The notes beneath the pieces were generated by a model that made no database searches, was not told the origin of the DNA, and saw only the letters and a program-made list of their open reading frames with translations. A program made the position numbers and the translations under genes. DNA of 10,959 nucleotides, taken from Octopus sinensis. Taxonomy: Eukaryota. This document shows, in pieces, positions 1 through 7,640 of this stretch (within the stretch, counting starts at the first letter, position 1; every line of letters begins with the position of its first letter). Location of the stretch: NCBI RefSeq assembly GCF_006345805.1, contig NW_021827106.1:1-10959 (forward strand), given 5' to 3'.

Positions 1-157
1 CTTACTGATTTCAAAAACACGTTATTGAAATTAATCATAACAAATACTCAAATTGAGCACCTTCTACAATAAAACATGCCGAAAAATATAATAAAATAAA
101 TTGCTTTAATAAATTTTGATGAAAACCAGAATGGTGCGTGACTTCTGGGACACCCTG
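1..157. mobile_element. Terminal fragment of a Tc1/mariner DNA transposon (runs off the window start)
   Basis: 131-157 ATGGTGCGTGACTTCTGGGACACCCTG reverse-complements to CAGGGTGTCCCAGAAGTCACGCACCAT. A CAGGGTGTCC start is typical of Tc1/mariner TIRs. It is followed by TG then a TA run, a possibly decayed TA TSD. The other end is not in the window. Confidence 0.5.
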
Positions 158-179
158 TGTGTATATATATACATTCAGA

Positions 180-1050
180 GTGTGGTGAATAAATTGTCGC
201 CCAAATTACGCAAAAATGAAAATAACACTGACATTTTAACATTTTAACAAATATATTTACCAAAATTACATAAAAATATCTTGAAATATTGAGGAATAAA
301 TTCATTCAATAAAATTGCCATTGGCTTCAATCACTGCCTCCAGACGACTTCGGAATCTTCAGCAGCTTTTCTGGCCGGTCTCCTGGTTTAAGTTGGTGAA
401 TGATACCATAATCCTTGCCTTCAGTTCATCTTTGGTGTTACAAGGAGTTTTGTTGGTCTCTCGCTCAACTGCGCTTACACACAATAGTCAAGTTGAGTGC
501 TGTCTGAGGAGTTAGGTGGCTAGATGTTAGGGGTGGTTAGGTTGCAGAAATGGTCTGACAGCCATGACTGGGTTCTCCTGCTTGTATGGCATGGTGCAGA
601 GTCCTGTTGCCAGACATAGGGTGTTCCAGCAGTCACCCTCTTGATCTAGGGCAGCACTACCTCCTCCAGGCACTTGATGTAGGCCTCCGTGTTGAGTCTG
701 GTCCGTATGAAGATAAATGGCGGCATAAGGTCACCATCACACTAGTGATCACTCCGAACACTATGATGTTGACTGGATGTTTTATTTTTATCACTCTCAG
801 TACATGTTTAGGGGACTCAGATTGACGCTCAACACTCTGAAATGTCTATTGGAGCTTCCGGCACGAATACTAAGCAGTACAACATGCCGTTTCCAAATTT
901 TGGGCAGAGTGAACTGCGTCATTGTGCTGTGTTTCTCACAGACGGTGTCCAACTGACCCCACTATACTGTGTAGTCGAAAAAAATCAAAAACAGACAATA
1001 CGCATGGACGAAATTAAAAATATAAAATGGCGACAATTTACCCATCGCTG
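180..1050 (-). mobile_element. Internally deleted Tc1/mariner transposon, DD37D (maT/Bmmar1-like) family
   Basis: Degenerate TIRs share a 12-bp core: TAAATTGTCGCC at 190-201 and GGCGACAATTTA at 1029-1040. The right end CCCATCGCTG (1041-1050) is followed by TA (1051-1052). The element encloses a transposase remnant. Confidence 0.85.
302..922 (-). pseudogene. DD37D transposase pseudogene
   Basis: Manual minus-strand translation. ATG at 922-920 gives MTQFTLPKIWKRHVVLLSIRAGSSN..ISEC..VNL, joined at about 816 to SPKHVLRVIKIKHPVNIIVFGVITS-DGDLMPPFIF..RLNTEAYIKCLEEVVLP*IKRVTAGTPYVWQQDSAPCHTSRRTQSWLSDHFCNLTTPNI*PPNSSDSTQLDYCV*-AVERETNKTPCNTKDELKARIMVSFTNLNQETGQKSC*RFRSRLEAVIEANGNFIE* (stop 304-302). 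Exactly 37 residues lie between D (603-601) and D (489-487). There are four premature stops and several frameshifts. Confidence 0.9.
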
Positions 1051-1136
1051 TAGATATATACGTGTGTGAGAGTGTGTGTGTGTATGTATAAATATGTGTG
1101 TATGTGTGAATATTTATATCTATATATATATATATT
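1051..1136. repeat. Mixed (TG)n/(TA)n microsatellite
   Basis: Directly visible dinucleotide runs. Confidence 0.9.
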
Positions 1137-1310
1137 GGCGCAGGAGTAGCTTGCTAATCAACCACATGGTTCCGGGTTCAGTCCCACTGCGTGGCATCTT
1201 GGGCAAGTGTCTTCTGCTATAGCCCCGGGCCGACCAATGCCTTGTGAGTAGATTTGGTAGACGGAAACTGAAAGAAGCCTGTCGTATATATGTATGTGTG
1301 CATGTGTGTG
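1137..1310 (+). mobile_element. tRNA-derived SINE, family A (head and body), A-box region deleted
   Basis: GGCGCAGGAGT...CCGGGTTCAGTCCC (B-box-like), then CTTGGGCAAGT (1198-1208), then GATTTGGTAGACGGAAACTGAAAGAAGCC, then TA/TG. It aligns with the copies at 1799-1960 (+) and 6177-6293 (-). Confidence 0.85.
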
Positions 1311-1384
1311 ATGGGGGGAGGTGATGTCTCGCATTAAAGAGTTTGATATAGACGTCTAGTTATAGCGAACATATTCTGTAACAC

Positions 1385-1800
1385 AGCAAATCAAGCTTTC
1401 TTGAGGCCAATTTCACCTTTCCTATCATAAATAAGAAATGTTCCTTATGAATTTTCTAATAAAGTAATATAAATGCAAACATATAGGTGATTATTATAAC
1501 TATTATCACATATTAAAACAAGCCTAAAAATGCGCAATAATTTCCTTACTGCCGAGACTACCACGACTGATGTCGGAGTGCTACTAATATGGCATATGAC
1601 ATTAAATGTAAAATTAGAAACTATCAGCAGCCTAATAAATGCTTCCTTGTCCAGACATCTACTAACCTTTCAAGACGTCTAACTATGCATCTTCAGTCAG
1701 ATTAAAAGCTATGAGGTCGAATTGTTTTAGACATCAGCAAAACAGAATTAGCTTGAAATAGAGAAAAATTACCAAAATAATAACTGAAATTAACAATACG
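1385..1800 (+). pseudogene. Penelope-like retroelement remnant: linker plus GIY-YIG endonuclease
   Basis: 1571-1702 translates CRSATNMAYDIKCKIRNYQQPNKCFLVQTSTNLSRRLTMHLQSD. This resembles the PLE motif TNVVY.F.C......YIGQT...LSRRLTMH; FLVQT is one substitution per codon from YIGQT. Upstream frames give IKL..GQFH (1390-1416) and KTSLKMRNN (1515-1541). Downstream gives HQQ...TKIITEINNTR up to the SINE at 1799. Family motifs were recalled, not searched. Confidence 0.65.
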
Positions 1801-1960
1801 CGCAGGCATGGCTAGGTGGCTAGGAGGCATGCTTTCCGACCATGTGGTTTTGGGTTCAATCCCATTGTGCGCCACCTTGGGCAAATGTTTTCTACTGTAA
1901 GTCCTGGAGAGATCAATGTCTTGTGAGTGGATTTGGTAGACGGAAACTGAAAGAAGCCTT
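1799..1960 (+). mobile_element. tRNA-derived SINE, family A (older copy)
   Basis: A-box-like TGGCTAGGTGG (1809-1819), B-box GTTCAATCC (1854-1862), CCTTGGGCAA (1875-1884), and the same GGATTTGGTAGACGGAAACTGAAAGAAGCC block as the 1137 copy. TA/TG microsatellite follows to about 2070. Confidence 0.8.
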
Positions 1961-2116
1961 ACATACGCACAAACATAAGCAGGTGTGAGCGTACATACAC
2001 ACATCTCTGTATAGGCATTTATGTATATATCTGTATGTATGTGTATATGTCTGTGTGTGTGTGTGTTTGTACCTCCTCCGCTTCACAACTGAAGAAAATC
2101 AAAATTCTCGCTTATG

Positions 2117-2340
2117 TTTTGTCTCTATGAGTCATTGGAGTGCGGCCATACTGGATTTAAGAGCAGTAGTCGAATAAATCGATCAATACCATTTTTAAAG
2201 CCTGTTACTTATTCTGTCTGTTGCTGAGATATGGGGGCGTAAACAAACCAACACTTGTTGCCAAGCGGTGGATCGGGACAAACAAAGAGACACATACACA
2301 TAGATATACATACATACATGCATACATGCATACACACATA
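2117..2340 (-). mobile_element. Family A SINE 3' module (no tRNA head) with CA/TA-rich tract
   Basis: GTCATTGGAGTGCGGCCATACTGG...GGCGTAAACAAACCAACACTTGTTGCCAAGCGGTGG..GGGACAAACA aligns with 5920-6125. Confidence 0.65.
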
Positions 2341-2522
2341 TAAAATCTTCGTTGTTCTTCGTTGCCCAAGCTACGCGTATGTATGCGTGTATTTGCACAT
2401 ATATGCATAGAGTACTGAATTCGAAAACATGTCGTCTCAAAGTAATGATTCTCAGACACATAACCACGCCGTGCCTGCACGCTTTTATGAATGTGTATAT
2501 ATATATATTATATATATATATA

Positions 2523-2734
2523 ACAAAATGGGACAAGGACGCAAAACATCCGGACAACTAGTTGATACAAAAAGAGACAATCAAGATTTATCAGACGAAA
2601 TTGCGAGGATGATCTGGTTCTTGACTGAGGATAGAAAGCTTCGAATGACCCGTCCTTGTTTTTTTGTATCGTCTATCTGGATGTTTTGTTGTCGCCTAGT
2701 TGTCCGGATGCTTTGCGTTCTTGTCCCATTTTGT
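2523..2734. mobile_element. Foldback element with 39-bp inverted repeats between (TA)n tracts (MITE or inverted PLE terminal repeat)
   Basis: 2523-2561 matches the reverse complement of 2696-2734 at 37/39. GATACAAAAA (2564-2573) also pairs with TTTTTGTATC (2661-2670). TA runs flank both sides. Confidence 0.85.
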
Positions 2735-2756
2735 ATCATATATATATATTTCTATT

Positions 2757-3005
2757 TTCCCGTCTGTCTTGATAGACAATGGGTTGCGCCAAGGGTGGGG
2801 CCTACTTGGATGATGAGCAGCGTCTGCTGTGACTGAACAGTCCAATTCTAGAGTGGCAGTCCCTGGTACAGTTGCTGCACACGAACATCGATGGATACGT
2901 GTGGGGTGTTGCTGCAGTTGTCCTCCTCCTGTCCCGCCTGTCCGACCACAGCTGTGCTCTCCTTTCCTCAGCCATGGAAACGCCTTTCCTCACTGTCCGA
3001 CGCCA
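2757..3005 (-). mobile_element. 5'-truncated RTE-clade LINE: ORF2 C-terminus and short 3' UTR
   Basis: The ORF-track frame 2802-3053 (-) contains WRRTVRKGV..AEERR...RRDRRR and CSNCTRDCHSRIGLFSHSRRC (2879-2817). This C-x2-C...RIGL.SH...C motif ends RTE/BovB-type ORF2. Stop at 2804-2802, followed by a short UTR CCCATTGTCTATCAAGACAGACGG. Confidence 0.85.
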
Positions 3006-3225
3006 TATATACAAGATAAGAAAATGGAGAAATACATCTAAATCAAATATCAATTACCAGATAATATTCAATCACATACTTTATTAAACCACCACATAAG
3101 AGACTGTAGGGTGTTATCCCATGGAGGGTTGCATTTACAACCCCTATCTCAATTTGTATATATATATATATGCACATGTATATAGCGGCAAACGTACACT
3201 TAGTTCTTTCTCTATATATATATAT

Positions 3226-3779
3226 GGCTAGACGCAATTCAGAACCAAAAACGAGATAATTTACCGTCACTGAATTGTGACAAGGGGTGCAGGGAGTACC
3301 AGCATTGCTAGAAGTAAGAATTAAAGAGCACTTTTGCCACAAAAGCACATTTTCTATTTACTGACAGGGGAGACAACCTCCCCACCACAATTGAGAGGCA
3401 TAAGATTGGCATGCCAATCAATGGTTTTGAATTGCGTCAAGCCACCTTATTTTCATATTAACATTTTGCGGAATCAGCCACTGATACCTATGGTAAAACC
3501 TATATACACTGACGTGGTAGAATTTAACTTCACCTCCCGCGTTGGAGTAAGCATTAATGATGAGCATTAAATTTCATGCGAAATTGGCATGGCAATCTAA
3601 TGCCCTCGATTGCGGTAGGTTGGTTGTCTCTCCTGTCTGTAAATAGAAAATGTGCGCTTTTTGTGGCTAAAATGTTCTTTGACTCTTATTTCCAGCAATG
3701 TTGTTGCCTCTGCACCCTTCGTCACATTTTAGTGACGATGAATTATTTCCTTTTTGGTTCTGAATTGCGTCTAGCCACC
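3226..3779. mobile_element. Non-autonomous DNA transposon / foldback with about 190-bp inverted arms
   Basis: 3226-3417 is the inverted copy of 3583-3776. The first 26 bp (GGCTAGACGCAATTCAGAACCAAAAA) are identical, and overall identity is roughly 80-85% by manual alignment. The spacer is 165 bp with no coding capacity. Confidence 0.9.
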
Positions 3780-3785
3780 TTCATC

Positions 3786-3806
3786 ATATATATACATATA
3801 TATGTT

Positions 3807-3862
<56 letters not shown>

Positions 3863-3950
3863 CGCGTAGGAGTGTGCATTCAGATGTGCATATATATACA
3901 TACATTTATACATACATTCATACCTATATGCATACATACAAGCATACAGA
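3786..3950. repeat. (TA)n/(TG)n/(TACA)n microsatellite block
   Basis: Near-perfect (TG)n at about 3808-3861, with flanking TA and TACA runs. Confidence 0.9.
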
Positions 3951-4148
3951 TGTTTATGATCTCTTAATATAGAGGTTGCGTACCATTAGCAATTTCAATT
4001 TGCTGTCGAAGCCATTTCAATATATTTAAAATTTTTAAACCGTTAATAATTTTAAACGGTTTAAATGTCATATTTCCTGCTTCTTGAATGCAGTGCCTCG
4101 TCAAAAGAGTATTGCCTAGACTAAAGACAATGCGTGTTCTGTCAAAAG

Positions 4149-4151
<3 letters not shown>

Positions 4152-4195
<44 letters not shown>

Positions 4196-4560
4196 CATAT
4201 ATATTATATTATGTATGTATGATTCATGTATGTATGTATGTATGTTGTATGTATGTATGTATGTATGTATGTATGTATGTCTATGTATTGTATGTATGTA
4301 TGCATGTATGTTCATTTATGTGTGTATATATATATATATACGTATATGTAATATAATATATATATATATATGTGTGTGTGGTGTGTGTGCGCGTGCAATT
4401 GTTGGTGTATGTTTTACATACATGAATATGTGTATGTATATATGTATGCATTTATGTATGTTTGTGTCTATGTGTGTCTGCATGTATGTGTATTTGTATA
4501 TGAATTTGTCTATCTAACTGTGTGCGTATCTGCTTGTATGTATGTATGTATGTGTATTTC
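4152..4560. repeat. Compound microsatellite (TA)n-(TATG)n-(TG)n
   Basis: Pure (TA)n at about 4152-4190, then (TATG)n, then degenerate TG/TA for about 400 bp. Confidence 0.9.
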
Positions 4561-4697
4561 CATTTGTTTCCAATATTAAACTAAACACTAGAAGCCAAAA
4601 TCTGGTATTCAGCTTTACTCCATCTGACATTAGAAGTTTTGCTACTAAGGTCAATGAGACAATCTGATGGAGTAGATATATAGGTGAAAGGCATCGA

Positions 4698-4945
4698 GTG
4701 GTGGTTGTGGTGGATGTAGTGGTAGTGGTAGTGGTGGAGGTGAGGGCGGAGGAGTTGGAAGTAGCAACGACGGTGGTGGTGGTGGTGGTTAGTAGAAAAT
4801 TGTTAATTTTCTTACAAGAGTTGGGATCTGTTGATGGCGGCGATGGAAGAGTTTCTAATGGCACTGGTCACCTAGGAGATTCCGATGGCTGTAGTATTAG
4901 TAGCTGTATTAGCAACAGCAGCAGCAGCTGTATTAGTAGTAGTAG
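4698..4945. repeat. Degenerate trinucleotide low-complexity region (GTG/GTA/AGC)
   Basis: GTGGTG, GTAGTG, AGCAGC and AGTAGT runs. These explain the poly-V, poly-T and poly-S ORFs. Confidence 0.8.
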
Positions 4946-5024
4946 ATAAAGCAAAGACTAATGGTAGAGTAGTGGTATCTTAAAGTTTAGGCGGGATTAT
5001 ATTTATTTTTTTATATTTTGCATG

Positions 5025-5192
5025 CTCCAGCCAATATGGAAGGGTTTAATCGATCAAATCTACTGGTAATTTAATTCATCAACCCTTAAAGGATGAAATA
5101 TAAAGTTGATGTCGGATGAATTTGAACTTAGAATCAGAACAAGTACCGCAATCTATTTTGTTTTTTGCTCAACATTTTACTAGTTCACCAAT
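5025..5192 (-). mobile_element. tRNA-derived SINE, family B (old copy)
   Basis: Degenerate match to the family B core: CTGGTAATTTAATTCATCAACCCTTAAAGGATGAAATATAAAGTTGATGTCGG..GAATTTGAACTTAGAA, compared with 10582-10650. Confidence 0.6.
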
Positions 5193-5219
5193 CCTAAAGA
5201 GAACGATTCAGTACAAAGC

Positions 5220-5592
5220 CGTCGATTCCAGGACTAGACTAGTTCTTTATTTTATCGACCCCGAAAGAATGAAAGATAACGTTAACCTCGGCGGAATTTG
5301 AACTGAGAGTGGATATAGTCTGAATGAATATCGGTTTCCCATTTCCCAACTATTTCTAGAGAAGGAGTAAGTCAATTCGATCAGTCCAGTGCATAACTGG
5401 TACTTATTTTAGCGAACCTGAAAGAATGAATGGTAAAGTCAAGCTTGGCGAATTTGAACTCTGAACGTAAAGACGGACGTAAGGCCACTAAGTATTTTGT
5501 CCGGCGTGCTAATGATTCTGCCAGCTCGCGGCCTTCGAGTCTGAAGAAATATCGCAAGACACACTCTAAAGACTCTGCCATTCCACCGCGCC
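5220..5592 (-). mobile_element. Family B SINE host copy split into 5220-5333 and 5538-5592 by a nested copy
   Basis: Core TTTATCGACCCCGAAAGAATGAAAG..AACCTCGGCGGAATTTGAACT at 5251-5304. The head remnant CTAAAGACTCTGCCATTCCACCGC lies after the insert. Direct repeats at 5317-5333 and 5538-5554. Confidence 0.6.
5334..5537 (-). mobile_element. Family B SINE, full length, nested
   Basis: CAGTGCATAACTGGTACTTATTTTAGCGAACCTGAAAGAATGAATGGTAAAGTCAAGCTTGGCGAATTTGAACTCTGAACGTAAAGACGGACG...CGGCGTGCTAATGATTCTGCCAGCTCGCGGCCTT. Confidence 0.8.
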
Positions 5593-5596
5593 GTAA

Positions 5597-5715
5597 GGGT
5601 CCTAATTTTGTCACAAGGCCAGCAATGTTGAGGGCAGGGGGTGAGTCGTTACCATCGAACCCAGAACTTGACAAGTATTCTTATGTTGTCGACCCCGGTG
5701 GAATGAAAGATAAAG
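5597..5715 (-). mobile_element. Family B SINE, 5'-truncated
   Basis: Tail CACAAGGCCAGCAATGTTGAGGG..GGGG plus core GTCGACCCCGGTGGAATGAAAGATAAAGT. Confidence 0.6.
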
Positions 5716-5899
5716 TATATGATGAATGTAAACAGTCGGACATAAATTCTTTGAAACCATTTTATCTTTCTCTTCCCTTGCTCCAACGATTCTATCAGTC
5801 CAACTCTCCTAAACAGACAGATGGATAAAGCAAACCAATTCCTATTTTTTCAATAATTTTGTTGTTCTTTGTCAATAGATTAATGTAAACATAAAAGAT

Positions 5900-6125
5900 C
5901 TTTTCTTTATCTTTTACTTGTTTCAGTTATGGGACCGTGGCCATGCTGGTGTACTGCCTTGAAGAGTTTTAGTTGACTGTATCGACCCCATGACTTTAAA
6001 AAACAAAAAAAGTCTGGTACTTATGCTGCCGGTCTTTTTTTGCCGAACCGCTAAATTACGGCAATGTAAATAAACCAGCACCGGTTGTTAAGCGGTGGTG
6101 CAGGACAAACACAAGCACAAAGACA

Positions 6126-6177
<52 letters not shown>

Positions 6178-6293
6178 TATACGACTGCTCAGGGCTTTAG
6201 TAGAAGATGCTTGCCTAAAGTGTCACACAATGGGATTGAACGCAGAACAATGTGGTTGGGAAGCAAACTTCTTACCACACAGTTGTACTTACA
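5900..6293 (-). mobile_element. Family A SINE, near full length: tRNA head, internal (TG)n, 3' module
   Basis: Head TTACCACACAG (6272-6282), TGGGATTGAAC (B-box complement), CTTGCCTAAAG. (AC)n at 6128-6176. 3' module CTTTTACTTGTTTCAGT...GCCGAACCGCTAAATTACGG. It lacks the GGATTTGGTAGACGGAAACTGAAAG block present in the 1137 and 1799 copies. Confidence 0.85.
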
Positions 6294-6754
6294 ATCCAAT
6301 GTTTTTTTTTTTTGTAAATTTTTCTTTCTCTAGGATTTTATTTTAGAGAAAATACAGTTTTAGATAGTGATGCCACTGATTAATGGCAAACTTCTAACGA
6401 AGGGAGATAAAACTTGGTTTCAATTCTAGGCCGAACTGTCTCCCTTTGACATTTCATGCCAGGGTTCAAAAGGAAATTGGTTGGAGATTCCAGTTGTCTA
6501 CTTAATTATGTGATATTTCGAAGTGGCTGCCCATGGATGCTAACGTAGCTGAATGACCGAGGTCATCTTTGCACATCTTGGATGTGAAACTGGGTAGACA
6601 GGAAACTGGTGTTTGCAAGTTGGTTGAATGGACTGGACCTTTAAATCGTAAAAGCAAACCTTTTTGCACACTGGGTCATGCGTATTCCCCCTAAGAATTA
6701 CGTTAAGAGAGCAAAGTATCTCTGGACTACCGAGCCTCTTACATTCTATTCAAA

Positions 6755-6962
6755 ATCTTTCTATAACAGGCACAAGGCCAGCGGGGAATGGTGCGAGTCG
6801 ATACCATTGATTCCTGTGCTCGGCTGGTTCTGTATTTAATAGACCATGAACTATGAAAGACGAAGTCGACCTCGGCGGTATTTGAACTTAGAACATAAAC
6901 CGGACGAAATGTTGCCAAACATTTTGTCTGGCGTGTTAACTATTCTGGCATCTAACCGCCTT
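6755..6962 (-). mobile_element. Family B SINE, full length
   Basis: Tail CTTTCTATAACAGGCACAAGGCC, core GAAGTCGACCTCGGCGGTATTTGAACTTAGAAC, head GGCGTGTTAACTATTCTGGCATCTAACCGCCTT. Confidence 0.8.
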
Positions 6963-7399
6963 CTTATACCCTAATTCACAATCATGACGATGCGTCGATC
7001 AAACAATAAAAGCACCCGTCGTCGAAGCTGACGGTGAGCCATTTATAGTAACGATTTAATGAACAAAGAGATTTACGATAAATTTTTCATGCATCGACTG
7101 TTGTTTTTCCTCTTGTCAACTCATCAATTTCGATTGATGCCGGCATCTAAAACCTGTTACAAAACTGTAAATGCAGCGGATTTCAGGTCATCAACGATGG
7201 AGTCAAGTGCTCTAATACATCTTGTTATTAATCATACTTCCGTTAGTGACAGGAAATAAAGCCTTATAAATTTGTCTTTGAATTTTTCCTGTGTCGGTTA
7301 GTAATTAGCTGGGAATGGTTTCAAGATTTTAGTAAAGTATTAAACGATCAGTTCATCCATCATTTTATGATTACTCGCTGGTCTGGCGACAAACTAGAT

Positions 7400-7546
7400 T
7401 AGTCGTGAGCAAATTGCGGCTCGCGGGACTTTCTGAATGATATGCCTAAACGAAAAATTATCTTGATTTGTTTTAGTAGTGCGGCCCGCTTGATGATGAT
7501 CCATGCCTCATGTGGTCCGCTTCGTGAAAAAGGTTGCCTATGCTTG
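7400..7546. mobile_element. hAT (Charlie-like) MITE
   Basis: The left end TAGTCGTGAGCAAATTGCGGCTCGCGGG and the right end (reverse complement CAAGCATAGGCAACCTTTTT) both resemble CAGGCATGGGCAA. GCGGCCCGC-type subterminal motifs are present. The 8-bp flanks AACTAGAT (7392-7399) and GGCTAGAG (7547-7554) share CTAGA, matching the NTCTAGAN target preference of Charlie elements. Confidence 0.7.
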
Positions 7547-7640
7547 GGCTAGAGACTCCCGCTATGAATCATTCCCAGCCCAGTGGATCAGTAAGCGGAC
7601 ATAGTGTTCGTGCAATAATGGTTGTTGATTTAATAATTAT

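Noticed and set aside
470-650. Three Trp codons mutated to TAG/TAA in the transposase, suggesting deaminase attack
   Set aside because: Ascertainment bias: G-to-A changes in TGG are the commonest route to a stop. Three other Trp codons are intact.
1650-1700. Minus-strand CTGAAGA...GAAA spacing resembling a hammerhead; also CTGAAGA at about 2090 and 5541
   Set aside because: No supporting stems I to III. The first is antisense to the PLE coding remnant and the last is part of a SINE.
4034-4065. 11-bp inverted repeat TTTAAACCGTT/AACGGTTTAAA
   Set aside because: Short, AT-rich and isolated; no function can be supported.
4094-4147. Possible 54-nt exon (TGCAG|...AAAA|GTGAAT; CLVKRVLPRLKTMRVLSK)
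   Set aside because: Weak donor, unrecognised peptide, and no partner exons. It would need RNA-seq junction evidence.
4616-4675. TACTCCATC/GATGGAGTA hairpin as a pre-miRNA
   Set aside because: Pairing collapses after about 12 bp, too little for a Drosha/Dicer substrate.
4215-4949. ORFs rich in YVCM, poly-V, poly-T and poly-S
   Set aside because: Microsatellite and trinucleotide low-complexity artefacts.
5381-5828. 132-aa and 97-aa ORFs
   Set aside because: They run across adjacent and nested SINE copies and have no protein motif.
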